Positions 37,172 to 45,900 of a stretch of DNA of 64,000 nt are shown piece by piece. This DNA comes from a virus. Position 1 is the first letter of the stretch. Each line of letters opens with the position of its first letter. The stretch covers positions 107,927 through 171,926 of IMG/VR virus record IMGVR_UViG_3300008952_002488; one strand, given 5' to 3'. The translations under genes and the position numbers were made by a program. The notes beneath the pieces are model-generated. The model was not told the DNA's origin and made no database searches. It saw only the letters and a program-made list of their open reading frames with translations.

Positions 37172-37917
37172 TGTCTAAGAAGGTTTTGATAATAGGCGAA
37201 AGCTGCAAAGATATATTTAACTATGGTAACTGCGACAGGTTATGCCCCGACGCACCTGTTCCTGTTTTCAACGGAATCAACACAGTAGAGACTAACGGTA
37301 TGGCGATGAATGTTGCTCAAAATATCACATCTCTAGGGGTAGCGGTTGATATTCTCACGAACGATGGTTGGGAAAAATCTAAAAAAAGTCGTTATATTGA
37401 TGACAAAACCAACCAAATGCTCCTCCGCATAGATGAAAATGACGAAGTTTCCCAACCTTTTGACGCATTTTTGCTAAAAGAAGAGGCGATAAGAGAATAT
37501 GACGCAGTAATCATATCTGACTACTGTAAGGGGTTTTTGACGGAAAAATCAATGAAACAAATATCTCTTCTCAACCAGAATGTGTTTCTGGATACTAAGA
37601 GATTGTTGGGACCCTGGTGTGATAATATAGAATTTATAAAGATAAACTACTATGAGCATAATCGGACAAAACACTTACTTAACCAAAACATATATGACAA
37701 GTTGATTATTACGCTCGGCTCTGAAGGATGTAAATATCGTGACGAAGTATTTCCTGTTCCAAAGGTGGAAATCAAAGACTCTTCAGGTGGTGGTGATACA
37801 TTTATAGCAGGACTTGTGGCAAAATATTTGGAAACAAACGATATTAAGGAAGCTATCAAGTTCGCCAATGAGTGTGCTACAAAAGTTGTCCAAAAGAGGG
37901 GTGTAAGTATCGTATGA
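37171..37917 (+). CDS. Heptose-7-phosphate kinase-like (HldA / RfaE domain I, PfkB family)
   Basis: RLCPDAPVPV; NVA.N; LLRID; ISDYCKG; DSSGGGDTF. Confidence 0.85.
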   Translation: MSKKVLIIGESCKDIFNYGNCDRLCPDAPVPVFNGINTVETNGMAMNVAQNITSLGVAVDILTNDGWEKSKKSRYIDDKTNQMLLRIDENDEVSQPFDAFLLKEEAIREYDAVIISDYCKGFLTEKSMKQISLLNQNVFLDTKRLLGPWCDNIEFIKINYYEHNRTKHLLNQNIYDKLIITLGSEGCKYRDEVFPVPKVEIKDSSGGGDTFIAGLVAKYLETNDIKEAIKFANECATKVVQKRGVSIV

Positions 37918-38309
37918 CTACAGTTTGGACAAATGGGTGCTTTGATGTTTTACATAGAGGGCACATTGAGATGTTTAAATATGCAAAATCTCTTGGAGAT
38001 ACGCTGATTGTTGGAATTGATACTGATGAAAAAGTCAAAGCTGTAAAGGGTAATGACCGACCTTTTAACAGCTTGGGGGATAGAATGTTTTTAGTATCTT
38101 CCATAAGGTATGTTGACGAAGTATATGATTTTGGGTCTAGAAAAGAATTAGAGAACTTAATAAAATTAACAAAACCTGATATTCTAGTTGTAGGATCTGA
38201 CTGGAGAGGCAAAGAGGTTGTCGGCAGTCAGTATGCAGGCAGGGTTGATTTCTTTGACAGGATCGGCAATTATTCTACCACAAAAATACTGGAGAAACAG
38301 AAATTTTAG
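37914..38309 (+). CDS. Heptose-1-phosphate nucleotidyltransferase-like (HldC / RfaE domain II)
   Basis: TNGCFDVLHRGH; KG..RP; PDILVVGSDW; YSTT. Confidence 0.88.
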   Translation: MTTVWTNGCFDVLHRGHIEMFKYAKSLGDTLIVGIDTDEKVKAVKGNDRPFNSLGDRMFLVSSIRYVDEVYDFGSRKELENLIKLTKPDILVVGSDWRGKEVVGSQYAGRVDFFDRIGNYSTTKILEKQKF

Positions 38310-38608
38310 TTTACGTTGACATAGATGATACAATATGTACTTATGAGGGGGAAAGACATTATCCCTCTGCGATACCGATCATGAAGAACATCGAAAAGAT
38401 AAACCAAATGTACGATAGTGGTGATACTATTGTGTACTGGACGGCTCGTGGCGGGACAACGGGAATAGATTGGACAGCCCTCACGCACGAGCAACTTAAT
38501 GTGTGGGGAGCCAAATACCACGAAATAAAAATGTGGAAGCCTCCCTATGATATTTTTATATGTGACAAGGCTGTAAATACAGCAGATTTCTTTAAAGAAG
38601 GAGAATAA
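38303..38608 (+). CDS. Small HAD-superfamily phosphatase, probable ATT start
   Basis: Reading in-frame upstream of the track's ATG (38381) gives (M)LVYVDIDDTIC (DxDxT). Also WTARG, KP and ICDK. GGAG lies 8 nt before the ATT at 38303. Confidence 0.75.
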   Translation: MLVYVDIDDTICTYEGERHYPSAIPIMKNIEKINQMYDSGDTIVYWTARGGTTGIDWTALTHEQLNVWGAKYHEIKMWKPPYDIFICDKAVNTADFFKEGE

Positions 38609-38609
38609 A

Positions 38610-38816
38610 ATGAAACTTTCGAAACAAGCAGTTGGAGCACTTCTAATGACATTACAAAAATGTCTGGCGGAAGAAACCGACATAACTGAACTTTTGGCAA
38701 ATTGGGACTTGTCCCTGAAGGGTGATGAATTATATGTAGACAATCCGCCACCTGTATATACCCCCCATACAGACACTGAAGCTGGAACTGAAAAAAGAGT
38801 TTTCGAGACAGAATAG
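38610..38816 (+). CDS. Small hypothetical protein
   Basis: AGGAG RBS; coupled to both neighbours. Confidence 0.65.
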   Translation: MKLSKQAVGALLMTLQKCLAEETDITELLANWDLSLKGDELYVDNPPPVYTPHTDTEAGTEKRVFETE

Positions 38817-39073
38817 TGCCTACCTATTGTTATAAGTGTCAAAGCTGTGATGCGATTTTAGAATTTCGTCATTCCTACAAAGAGCTAAAAACAGATTGCA
38901 CAGAGTGTAAAAAGCCAACGCTAATTAAAATACTGAACACTCCTGTGAAAATATTGTCTAAAAAAACCAACAACCAGACAAAGACAGGTGCAGTTGTCCA
39001 TACAACAATAGAAGAAATAAAAAACGAAATCAAACAAGAAAAAGAAAAGCTGAAGAAAAGAGAGAACAAATGA
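38816..39073 (+). CDS. FmdB-like zinc-ribbon protein
   Basis: MPTYCYKCQSC...CTEC. Confidence 0.75.
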   Translation: MPTYCYKCQSCDAILEFRHSYKELKTDCTECKKPTLIKILNTPVKILSKKTNNQTKTGAVVHTTIEEIKNEIKQEKEKLKKRENK

Positions 39074-39387
39074 TGGTCTGGATTTTAGCACTCTTGTTTG
39101 TTGCGTCTTTTGCGTGTTTTCTATTAATGGTTTGGTACGCCTCGCAACTTCTACAAAGGTTCAGATATATTAGCGAAAATAGTTCTAGTTTACTAGAGAT
39201 CATTAAAAATTATAAAGATCATTTGCAAAAGGTTTACGACCTACCGATGTTTTACGGCGATGACACCCTGCGAGGATTACTACAACATACAAAAGATTTA
39301 GCTCAAGACTTAGACGATCTTAGCGAAATATTTTATTTGGGTGAAGAAAATAGAGGAGAAAAAATACATGAAGAAACCGAAGGGTAA
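39070..39387 (+). CDS. Membrane-anchored hypothetical protein
   Basis: N-terminal TM helix; MFYGDDTL motif. Confidence 0.6.
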   Translation: MMVWILALLFVASFACFLLMVWYASQLLQRFRYISENSSSLLEIIKNYKDHLQKVYDLPMFYGDDTLRGLLQHTKDLAQDLDDLSEIFYLGEENRGEKIHEETEG

Positions 39388-40048
39388 ACATTATTTCACT
39401 TCGGAAACAGAACAGGCAATAGTCAATTATTGCGCTACCGAGTGCCATACTATACGGACGGATTTGTATGTAAAACATATCCAGCCGGCGTTTAACGAAA
39501 TGGTTGATAAAATTGTTTACACCTATAAATTTACTTCCTTGAGTAATATAGACAGCTTAAAGGATGATTGTAAAATTTGGCTCACAACAATTCTCGGCAA
39601 ATTTAATCCGAACAAGGGCACCAAAGCCTTTTCATATTTTTCTGTTGTAACAAAAAACTGGTTTACACACAAGGCAAAAAAACAAAACATAAAAAACAAA
39701 AGAGAAATAAATTATGATGAAATGTATCGAGAGGTTGAGGCGATTGGAACCTCTGATAGCGATTTTTTGGACGACCAAGAAGAGAAGCAATTTTGGTCGT
39801 TGCTTTTGACCGAGGTTGAAAACTGGCAAAACCTTAAATTAAAAGAGAATGAAAAAAAGGTTTTAGATGCTGTTTTGTTACTAATGGAAAACATTGAGCA
39901 AATAGAAATCTTTAATAAAAAAGCAATATACTTATATCTCCGAGAAATTACGGGACTCAATACCAAGCAAATTGTAAGCTGCTTGAATAAAATGAGGTCA
40001 AGATATAAGATATTTAGAGAAAAATGGGATAGCGGAGAAATTATGTGA
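39368..40048 (+). CDS. Phage sigma factor, T4 gp55-like (late transcription)
   Basis: HYFT..TEQAIV.Y; KFNPNKGTKAFSYFS..TKN (sigma region-2-like); C-terminal HTH-like LREITGLNTKQI. GAGGAG RBS. Confidence 0.65.
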   Translation: MKKPKGKHYFTSETEQAIVNYCATECHTIRTDLYVKHIQPAFNEMVDKIVYTYKFTSLSNIDSLKDDCKIWLTTILGKFNPNKGTKAFSYFSVVTKNWFTHKAKKQNIKNKREINYDEMYREVEAIGTSDSDFLDDQEEKQFWSLLLTEVENWQNLKLKENEKKVLDAVLLLMENIEQIEIFNKKAIYLYLREITGLNTKQIVSCLNKMRSRYKIFREKWDSGEIM

Positions 40049-40082
40049 GAACCTATTTATTTATACTTAACGAGGACAAAGT

Positions 40083-40379
40083 ATGAAAAAGGATCTCAAC
40101 TCTCTTATCGAGCAAGCCCTAGATAATATAAATAACGACCGACAGACAACAGAAATTCTTCTGAGTCAACTTCGGGAATACATGGCTGTTCCGGGTAACC
40201 AAGATCGTTATTCGGATTCCGGGCCTATTGCTGCAAAATTTGTCGAAACACTACAAAGAAGTAATGAACAACTGGTCAAGTTAGCCACCTTGGTTCACAA
40301 AAAAGAAGCACTTAAATCAAATGATGGGTTATCCGATTCAGATAAAGCGGAATTGTTTGACTTAATAAAAGATAAATAA
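40083..40379 (+). CDS. Small helical hypothetical protein
   Basis: GAGG RBS; preceded by CCTATTTAT. Confidence 0.6.
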   Translation: MKKDLNSLIEQALDNINNDRQTTEILLSQLREYMAVPGNQDRYSDSGPIAAKFVETLQRSNEQLVKLATLVHKKEALKSNDGLSDSDKAELFDLIKDK

Positions 40380-40389
40380 GGCATACAAA

Positions 40390-41955
40390 ATGACAAGAAA
40401 AATCAACGGAAAAAAGAAACCAGCAGATTTTAGCGTATCTAGACCTTCATATAAAAAAAGAAAGCCATCTTTCCAACCGGGCATGTCAACCCGTGAAGAT
40501 CAAATATCACAACAGATCCGAAAACAATTTTCTTCCACAGCAGATAAAGAACAAGCGTTTTATTACGCAGAGGTGCTTAGGATTGATTCGCAAGCCAATG
40601 CAAATTCGAGATCTAAAAAATCATGGGATTGGTTTAAGTGGTATGAAAAAAACCCGGTCAGGGTAAGAGCAAGAATAAAAGATTCAGAATTGGCGGCCGC
40701 TCATCCGTTCCCGAGACCAAAAGACGAGAACGACCAACATCTTATTAATCTTCATCCCGAATTTGTAGGATTTTTAGATGATATCGGAGGCACCGAGCCA
40801 AAGGTTGGCGACATAATAAAGGTCAGCTTTAAGAATCCTGATATTAAGTCCAAAATTATCGGCAATGGTATAATTGTTGCGCTTGGAGAGTCTGTAACAA
40901 AAGTTGTTGAGGGAACCGAAGGAGCCATCGCAGCAAGAGAAGCTGCTGTTCGTTCTCATTTTAGTAAAGCGGGTGTTACGGACAGGCTTTCCGCATGTGA
41001 AAGCCTAAAGAAAAGTGTTGAGACTACAGTAAAGCCATCTTTTGGCGGACTGATCAAAGGATTACTTGATGATTTAACACAGGGATCTAATAATCCTAGA
41101 CAATTAAACAACCCGACAGATGACCAGGGAATCGACCCTGTTACAAGACAACCAGCAGGAGACACCAGTGCTCCTTCTAGACCGACAGCGAAAGATAGAG
41201 ATCCCGCTCCACCGGGCCCAAATTTGGTAGGACATCCCCCCTTCGCCGCCGCCCCTCGTGGATCTAATTCAACACCGTCTTCGTGTGTTGAGTGCGACGT
41301 AATTTATACGAACAGAGATTTTACTGGCGGTGACGGCGAAGCCGGAGCATCTGGAAAAAAACAACCAAAACAAAAAAAATCCTCCGAACCAGATAGTACT
41401 GCTAAAATGGCACAACCTCAGTCCATTCCAAAGACAGGACACAGACTCACAGATCAATTGATCAAACAGTTACACCCAGATATCAGAAAACAAACGGCAG
41501 ATTTTATTAGAGATGCTCGCAGTCGTGGCTATAATATTAAGATTACTGCTACATATAGGACATTTCCCGAACAAGACCAAATGCGTAGGCGAGGTGTTTC
41601 TAAAGCCAGGGGCGGTCAAAGTTATCACAATTACGGAATAGCGTTCGATGTGGTAGAAAACCCTCAGCGTGGAATTCCATTCGGGTTTGATGAGCGGTAC
41701 CCCAAGAAACGATGGCATGATATTGGTAGAATGGGCAAGGAACATGGCTTTGAGTGGGGGGGTGAATTTCGAGGTTTCTTTGACGGACCCCACTTTCAGA
41801 TTGGAGTCACAAGGACTAGGGACATGTACCGACGAGTTATGGCAGGCAAGACTGTTGAAGATCCGAAACAAGCCAAAGTGGGTCCTTTTGATCCGTCTAG
41901 ACCCAGCGGACCCAGAAATTATATTTATCCAGACTTAGATGGAATAAGAAGATAA
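40390..41955 (+). CDS. Baseplate-hub-associated protein with a C-terminal M15 (L-Ala-D-Glu-type) peptidoglycan endopeptidase
   Basis: N-terminal VRARI..P.VGDIIKV (gp5 OB-like). C-terminal YRTFPEQ, SYHNYGIAFD, WGG, DGPHFQ. Confidence 0.75.
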   Translation: MTRKINGKKKPADFSVSRPSYKKRKPSFQPGMSTREDQISQQIRKQFSSTADKEQAFYYAEVLRIDSQANANSRSKKSWDWFKWYEKNPVRVRARIKDSELAAAHPFPRPKDENDQHLINLHPEFVGFLDDIGGTEPKVGDIIKVSFKNPDIKSKIIGNGIIVALGESVTKVVEGTEGAIAAREAAVRSHFSKAGVTDRLSACESLKKSVETTVKPSFGGLIKGLLDDLTQGSNNPRQLNNPTDDQGIDPVTRQPAGDTSAPSRPTAKDRDPAPPGPNLVGHPPFAAAPRGSNSTPSSCVECDVIYTNRDFTGGDGEAGASGKKQPKQKKSSEPDSTAKMAQPQSIPKTGHRLTDQLIKQLHPDIRKQTADFIRDARSRGYNIKITATYRTFPEQDQMRRRGVSKARGGQSYHNYGIAFDVVENPQRGIPFGFDERYPKKRWHDIGRMGKEHGFEWGGEFRGFFDGPHFQIGVTRTRDMYRRVMAGKTVEDPKQAKVGPFDPSRPSGPRNYIYPDLDGIRR

Positions 41956-41967
41956 GAGGAAAGCACC

Positions 41968-42951
41968 ATGGTTCTTAAAAAAGACGTTGAAAGAGTAGGG
42001 ATGAAGAAAGCAGACAAAAAACGTCTTGCAGAAATATCTCATAAAGAAAAAAAGTGGCTGAACGACGGAATTTTTAATGACTATATGGCAGAAGCCCATC
42101 CAAAATACAATAAAACAATCCCAGAAAGGGTAATCCAAGGGAAGAACAATCAATTCATAATTATAGGACGTGATCGACCCCGAGGACCAGCAAGCGGTTA
42201 CGGTGGCGCAGGTCATTCCCACGCTGCCTGTATTGATATTATCGCCGGCATGGGAGGACCTTTAGCAAGAGAAGAAGACCCAGAAACAGGGGTCATGGTT
42301 ACAACCGACAAAGATCCGTTTTTGGATTCTGCCAGAATTTATATTTCTCAACGAGCCGACATTGACAAGTATTTTAAACTTCCAGAAGGAGTGGTAGGTA
42401 ATGAGCCGGCAAAATCTGCCGTTGCTGTTAAAGCCGACGGAGTTAGAATTATTGCTCGTGACGGAATAAAACTTGTTACAGGAACAGACACCTACGACTC
42501 TAGGGGTGTTCGAATTGGAATACAATCTGGGATTGACTTAATCGCTGGAAACAGTGATGAAGACCTTCAGCCCTTGGTCAAGGGTAATAATCTGTGCCAT
42601 GCTTTGGCTGATTTATCAAAACTTGTTAACGAAGTTAGTGACAATGTTGGATTTATATCAAGAACCATGATAGCCTTTTGTTCGGCCCTGGCTGCACACT
42701 TCCATATTTCGTCCCCTACGGGAGGACCAACTGCCCCTGATTTTATAATTTGTGCGCCAGCCTGCGCCTCCGCCGCCGGAGCCTTTGGTTTCGCTGCCGG
42801 AAAAGCTCTAATGACAAGTAAAAATACGGTAGGATGGAATTTTACTTATGTAGACCCAGACGATGGAATCCCTGGCATACAGAAAGTTAAAAAAGGAGCA
42901 AGAGGATTTGGTGCAAAATACATCCTCAGTGTGCATAATAACACCAACTAA
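41968..42951 (+). CDS. Baseplate hub/spike protein (gp5 C-terminal-like)
   Basis: Beta-strand repeats (SARIYISQ, KADGVRIIAR), LVKGNNL and AHFH (HxH tip motif). Located before gp25/gp6. Confidence 0.6.
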   Translation: MVLKKDVERVGMKKADKKRLAEISHKEKKWLNDGIFNDYMAEAHPKYNKTIPERVIQGKNNQFIIIGRDRPRGPASGYGGAGHSHAACIDIIAGMGGPLAREEDPETGVMVTTDKDPFLDSARIYISQRADIDKYFKLPEGVVGNEPAKSAVAVKADGVRIIARDGIKLVTGTDTYDSRGVRIGIQSGIDLIAGNSDEDLQPLVKGNNLCHALADLSKLVNEVSDNVGFISRTMIAFCSALAAHFHISSPTGGPTAPDFIICAPACASAAGAFGFAAGKALMTSKNTVGWNFTYVDPDDGIPGIQKVKKGARGFGAKYILSVHNNTN

Positions 42952-42962
42952 GTATTTATCTT

Positions 42963-45900
42963 ATGGCTGAAAACAAGCAAGACAAAAGAGACATTGTAAA
43001 TCCTAACCCAGAACGATACACTTCTGCGGTCCCCCAAGCCAGAAGGGGCCCCCGACCGTATAGAAAAAAAACGCTCTTTGGCTACGAAGCGGGGACAATT
43101 CGTGATGCTGTGCTTGAATGGAGAGGTGTGCCCCAAAACTGGGGTAAAACAACTGAAGGAGAACGGCGTGGTTTAGATTACGACTATAGCAGTAAAAGAA
43201 ATAAGTGGTTCATTGGCTGGCTTCACGAAACGTTTAAAAAAGGAAAAGATTTTCCTCCGATGGGAAACAGGGTCATCGAAAGGCTTTGGAACGAAAACAA
43301 TGGACTTAACGCTGATAATTCATTTATTACAATTAACGATCTGTTGGCCTATGCCGCTCTATATCCACAAAACGCCAAAGTTGTAATGACAGCATCCGGA
43401 ACTCCCAACGGAAAAGATAACCCAAGAATAGGTGGATATATTATTGCACTTGTTCCTTTGAGTTCTATAGAAAAAGCACAAACATTAAAAAAAGTAGTAA
43501 AAGATGTCAAGAGAGAGTCCCCAGAAAACAAAACAGCATTAGAAACTGTTACAACAGATGACGCTCAAAAGCCATCGAATCAAACACCGGAAGCAAACGA
43601 CAGAGGATCGCTGTCAACCCCACTTCCCGTAGGCAAATATGTTGTTAAGAAGGGTGATTGGCTATCAAGGATAGCAACCCGCCATGACACTACCGTTGCT
43701 AAAATTTTGGAAATACCACAAAATTCATACATAATTGGAGCCCCAACAGACGATCAAGGGCGAAAAAGATCAGAAAATGGTCATTGGATATATCCTGGCG
43801 ATATAGTAACATTGCCAAGCTCGGTGGCTGTTTCTAGGATGCCCTCGGTAACGCCAACCGTTAGCAAGGTAAGAAAAAAAGAGTATGATATTGCGTCAGA
43901 GATTCCGCCGGGACCTAATTCGGGTGGAGGCGCAACTTTATTAGAGGCACCAACACCATCAGTTAGATCAGCCGACCGTGGAGTTGACCTAAATTCTCCC
44001 TGGGGTAATTGTCCGCAGATAAAGCCTCCAGCCACCGCTCTAGAGGCTTTAATGACCACAAACAACATGGTTTGGCAACTACCCAGTCAGTTAAAGAAAA
44101 TACCGAGAAAAGTATATTATAATTCTTCAGATAAGTCATGGTATTGCGTGGCAACCACAATGGCAAGGAATCCCCAAGCATTTGACATAGCCAATCAAGA
44201 AGATGACGATGCGGGTGTAATAACTGGTGGCAATGCTTATGAGTGGATGAAAATTTCAACAGAGGAGATACTAAAAGCAGCAGACAAATATTCTGAGGAC
44301 AATTATAATCAAATAATAAGAGAACACAATACTGACGACTCTTCGGTTGAAATATTTTTCGCCAGCCACTACGGACACCCAGGTAGACCACAGCCGATAC
44401 CCGCTGGTACTGATGTTTGGTTGATTTCTACAAGGATAGACGATTGGATCCTTCGGCGATTCGACGACGACGGCTCAATAGGAAAAGAGGAAGATGAGCC
44501 AGACCCCCTTGTTGTGTCCAAAGCGATTATGAATTTAGAAGTGCCCGCACGACGTGCGCCTTTTACTATATCAAAGCTTAAAACAAATTTAAGAAACATT
44601 TCTAAGATGTTAGAAGCAACATACGCCGAGTTGGCAAACGATGGCATTACTCCTTCGATGATGGAGGGTGTTAATCTATTAGAAGAAGCAGAACATATTA
44701 ATACCTTCTACAATAAGATAGAGACATGGACACAGAATAGAAATATAACCATTAGCGACAGTGATCGGATAGAGTTTCTTTTAACTGAAGAGTTTACCCT
44801 ACAGTTGATTTATTATAATGGCGCAGTACATAAAGTCTCGCACGAAATGTATGACGACGGAAGTATCGATATTTTACCAGACCCAGAGTTTGAAGGTGTG
44901 TGGTCGGTAACATTTGCCCTTGTCTTCTTCGGGGAAAAAATCACTCAAATCAGGAGAATGAGAAAAAGCGAGAGACCCCCGGCAACCGAGTTTGTTACAC
45001 GATTTATTTACCCAAGTCCGATTATAAGACCTACTGAAATTGCTGCCAAAAAAGAAAAAAACTTAGAAGAAAATAAATACCCCTCTGAACCAACTGGTGC
45101 TGCCCTGGGGTCAAATAGTTTTGGCAGATCTGCTCCACCAGAAAATGAAAACCCCTCGTTCAAGACAGAGTCTGAAGTTCAAAAAGAATTTGATAAAAGG
45201 CTTGCACGAGGAAAGCAATTTATGGGCGGCTACATTGGGGTCTTAAATAATGCTGGCTGTGAGTCGCCTTTGGCAAAGTATTTAAATGACGCATTTCTTT
45301 TGTTTCAACTTATGGGTGGTAAATGCTCCTTTAAAGAGTTGGTGGCGACAGTTTTAAGGTTGATTAAAGAAGATATTATGATAAGCAAACAACAAGAACA
45401 GTTGTTGCTTCTCGGCGCAGGGTATACTGATAACCCAGATCTTCTTTGGAAACAAATAGAATCTCAAATAAACCAAGAGATAATGTGCCTCTTTGGTTTA
45501 TTGGGTGATATTTTGGAAAACGAAGTTTTAGACCCTGGCGGCGTACCTCCTGAAGTGACAAAACTTGTGAAAGCCGGACTAACACCTCCTCGTGGCATAA
45601 ATTTTACATCAATTTCAATACCAGATCTTGCTAAAATATGGCGAGAGATGATCAAGATGCTGGTTTTGGAATTTATAAAACAGCTAATATTATCAGCATT
45701 TAAAGAGCTTTTACTCGCTTCTGCTGGCTGCGGCGGACAGACAGTAGTTGATTCTTCAAAAGGTCCTAAAAAAAGAAGTGGAGCTTCTGCTGCGAACTTC
45801 GCCCCTTCTCGATATAATGCGATAAACATTAATGAACTCGTTGACTATAAGGGGATTGATTTAGAGGAAATGGCTGCCGAATTAAATTTATACAACACCC

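Noticed and set aside
13404-38608. Ordinary bacterial O-antigen/capsule locus, or NCLDV origin
   Set aside because: The flanks are phage baseplate and sigma genes. There are no flippase, polymerase or housekeeping genes. Shine-Dalgarno sites, gene overlaps, tmRNA and a sigma70 promoter indicate a bacterial virus.
38306-38842. 178-aa minus-strand ORF
   Set aside because: It overlaps plus-strand genes with clear motifs and RBSs, and has no recognisable features.
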